From Candidatus Nanoarchaeia archaeon (GTDB taxonomy: Archaea > Nanobdellota > Nanobdellia > Woesearchaeales > JANQNC01): a stretch of 32,000 nt of DNA. Of the stretch, positions 31,954 to 32,000 are shown piece after piece. Location of the stretch: contig JANQNC010000001.1 of the NCBI GenBank assembly GCA_028279745.1, positions 540,001 through 572,000 on the forward strand, in the 5' to 3' direction. Both the position numbers and the translations under genes were made by a program. Under the pieces are notes generated by a model that worked only from the letters and a program-made list of their open reading frames with translations, was not told where the DNA came from and did no database searches. How positions within the stretch are numbered: the stretch's first letter is position 1; each line of letters starts with the position of its first letter.

Positions 31954-32000
31954 AATAATATTTAATCAAACACAATTTAAAAAACTATCTAAACATTTAG

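Noticed and set aside
1-32000. CRISPR arrays, tandem repeats, IS elements, integrases, tRNA or rRNA genes.
   Set aside because: Apart from the 12298-12496 spacer, intergenic spaces are short (under about 180 nt) and AT-rich. I saw no regularly spaced direct repeats and no transposase or integrase-like ORFs. This was a visual scan only; a computational repeat and tRNA scan would be needed for certainty.

Overview
This window is 32 kb of tightly packed, AT-rich DNA. G+C looks like the mid-30s percent by eye (not computed). I see about 38 protein-coding genes and no rRNA, tRNA, CRISPR array, integrase or transposase. The genes and signals read as archaeal: TFS, an archaeal/ER-type (Sec11-like) signal peptidase, a NurA-like nuclease, an NMD3-like protein and a type IA topoisomerase. 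TATA-like boxes sit 26-28 nt upstream of most operon-first ATGs, implying leaderless mRNAs, while GGAGG/GGGGGTGA Shine-Dalgarno motifs precede operon-internal genes. The compaction and the many secreted or membrane-anchored proteins would fit a small-genome (DPANN-like) archaeon, but that is a guess. The main theme is a carbohydrate-storage and glycolysis island. It holds a PfkB kinase, class II FBP aldolase and Pgk, then a seven-gene co-directional operon (12497-20285). That operon encodes a GT5-like GlgA, a GH57 enzyme, two small paralogous unknowns, a eukaryote-type GT3 glycogen synthase, a GDE-type debranching enzyme and a membrane protein. A ManC/split-EamA operon, a GH15 glucoamylase, GlgP and (later) GpmA follow. 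A second module is a ChlI-like AAA+ ATPase, a vWA protein and a DUF192 protein (25896-28604). The best candidate for something undescribed is the pair of small paralogs at 14942-15718. They share an invariant H-x-NEEKNDFS-x-W block and sit directly upstream of the GT3 synthase; one has a basic N-terminus and the other a C-terminal membrane anchor. All functional calls come from motif recognition by eye; no searches were run.
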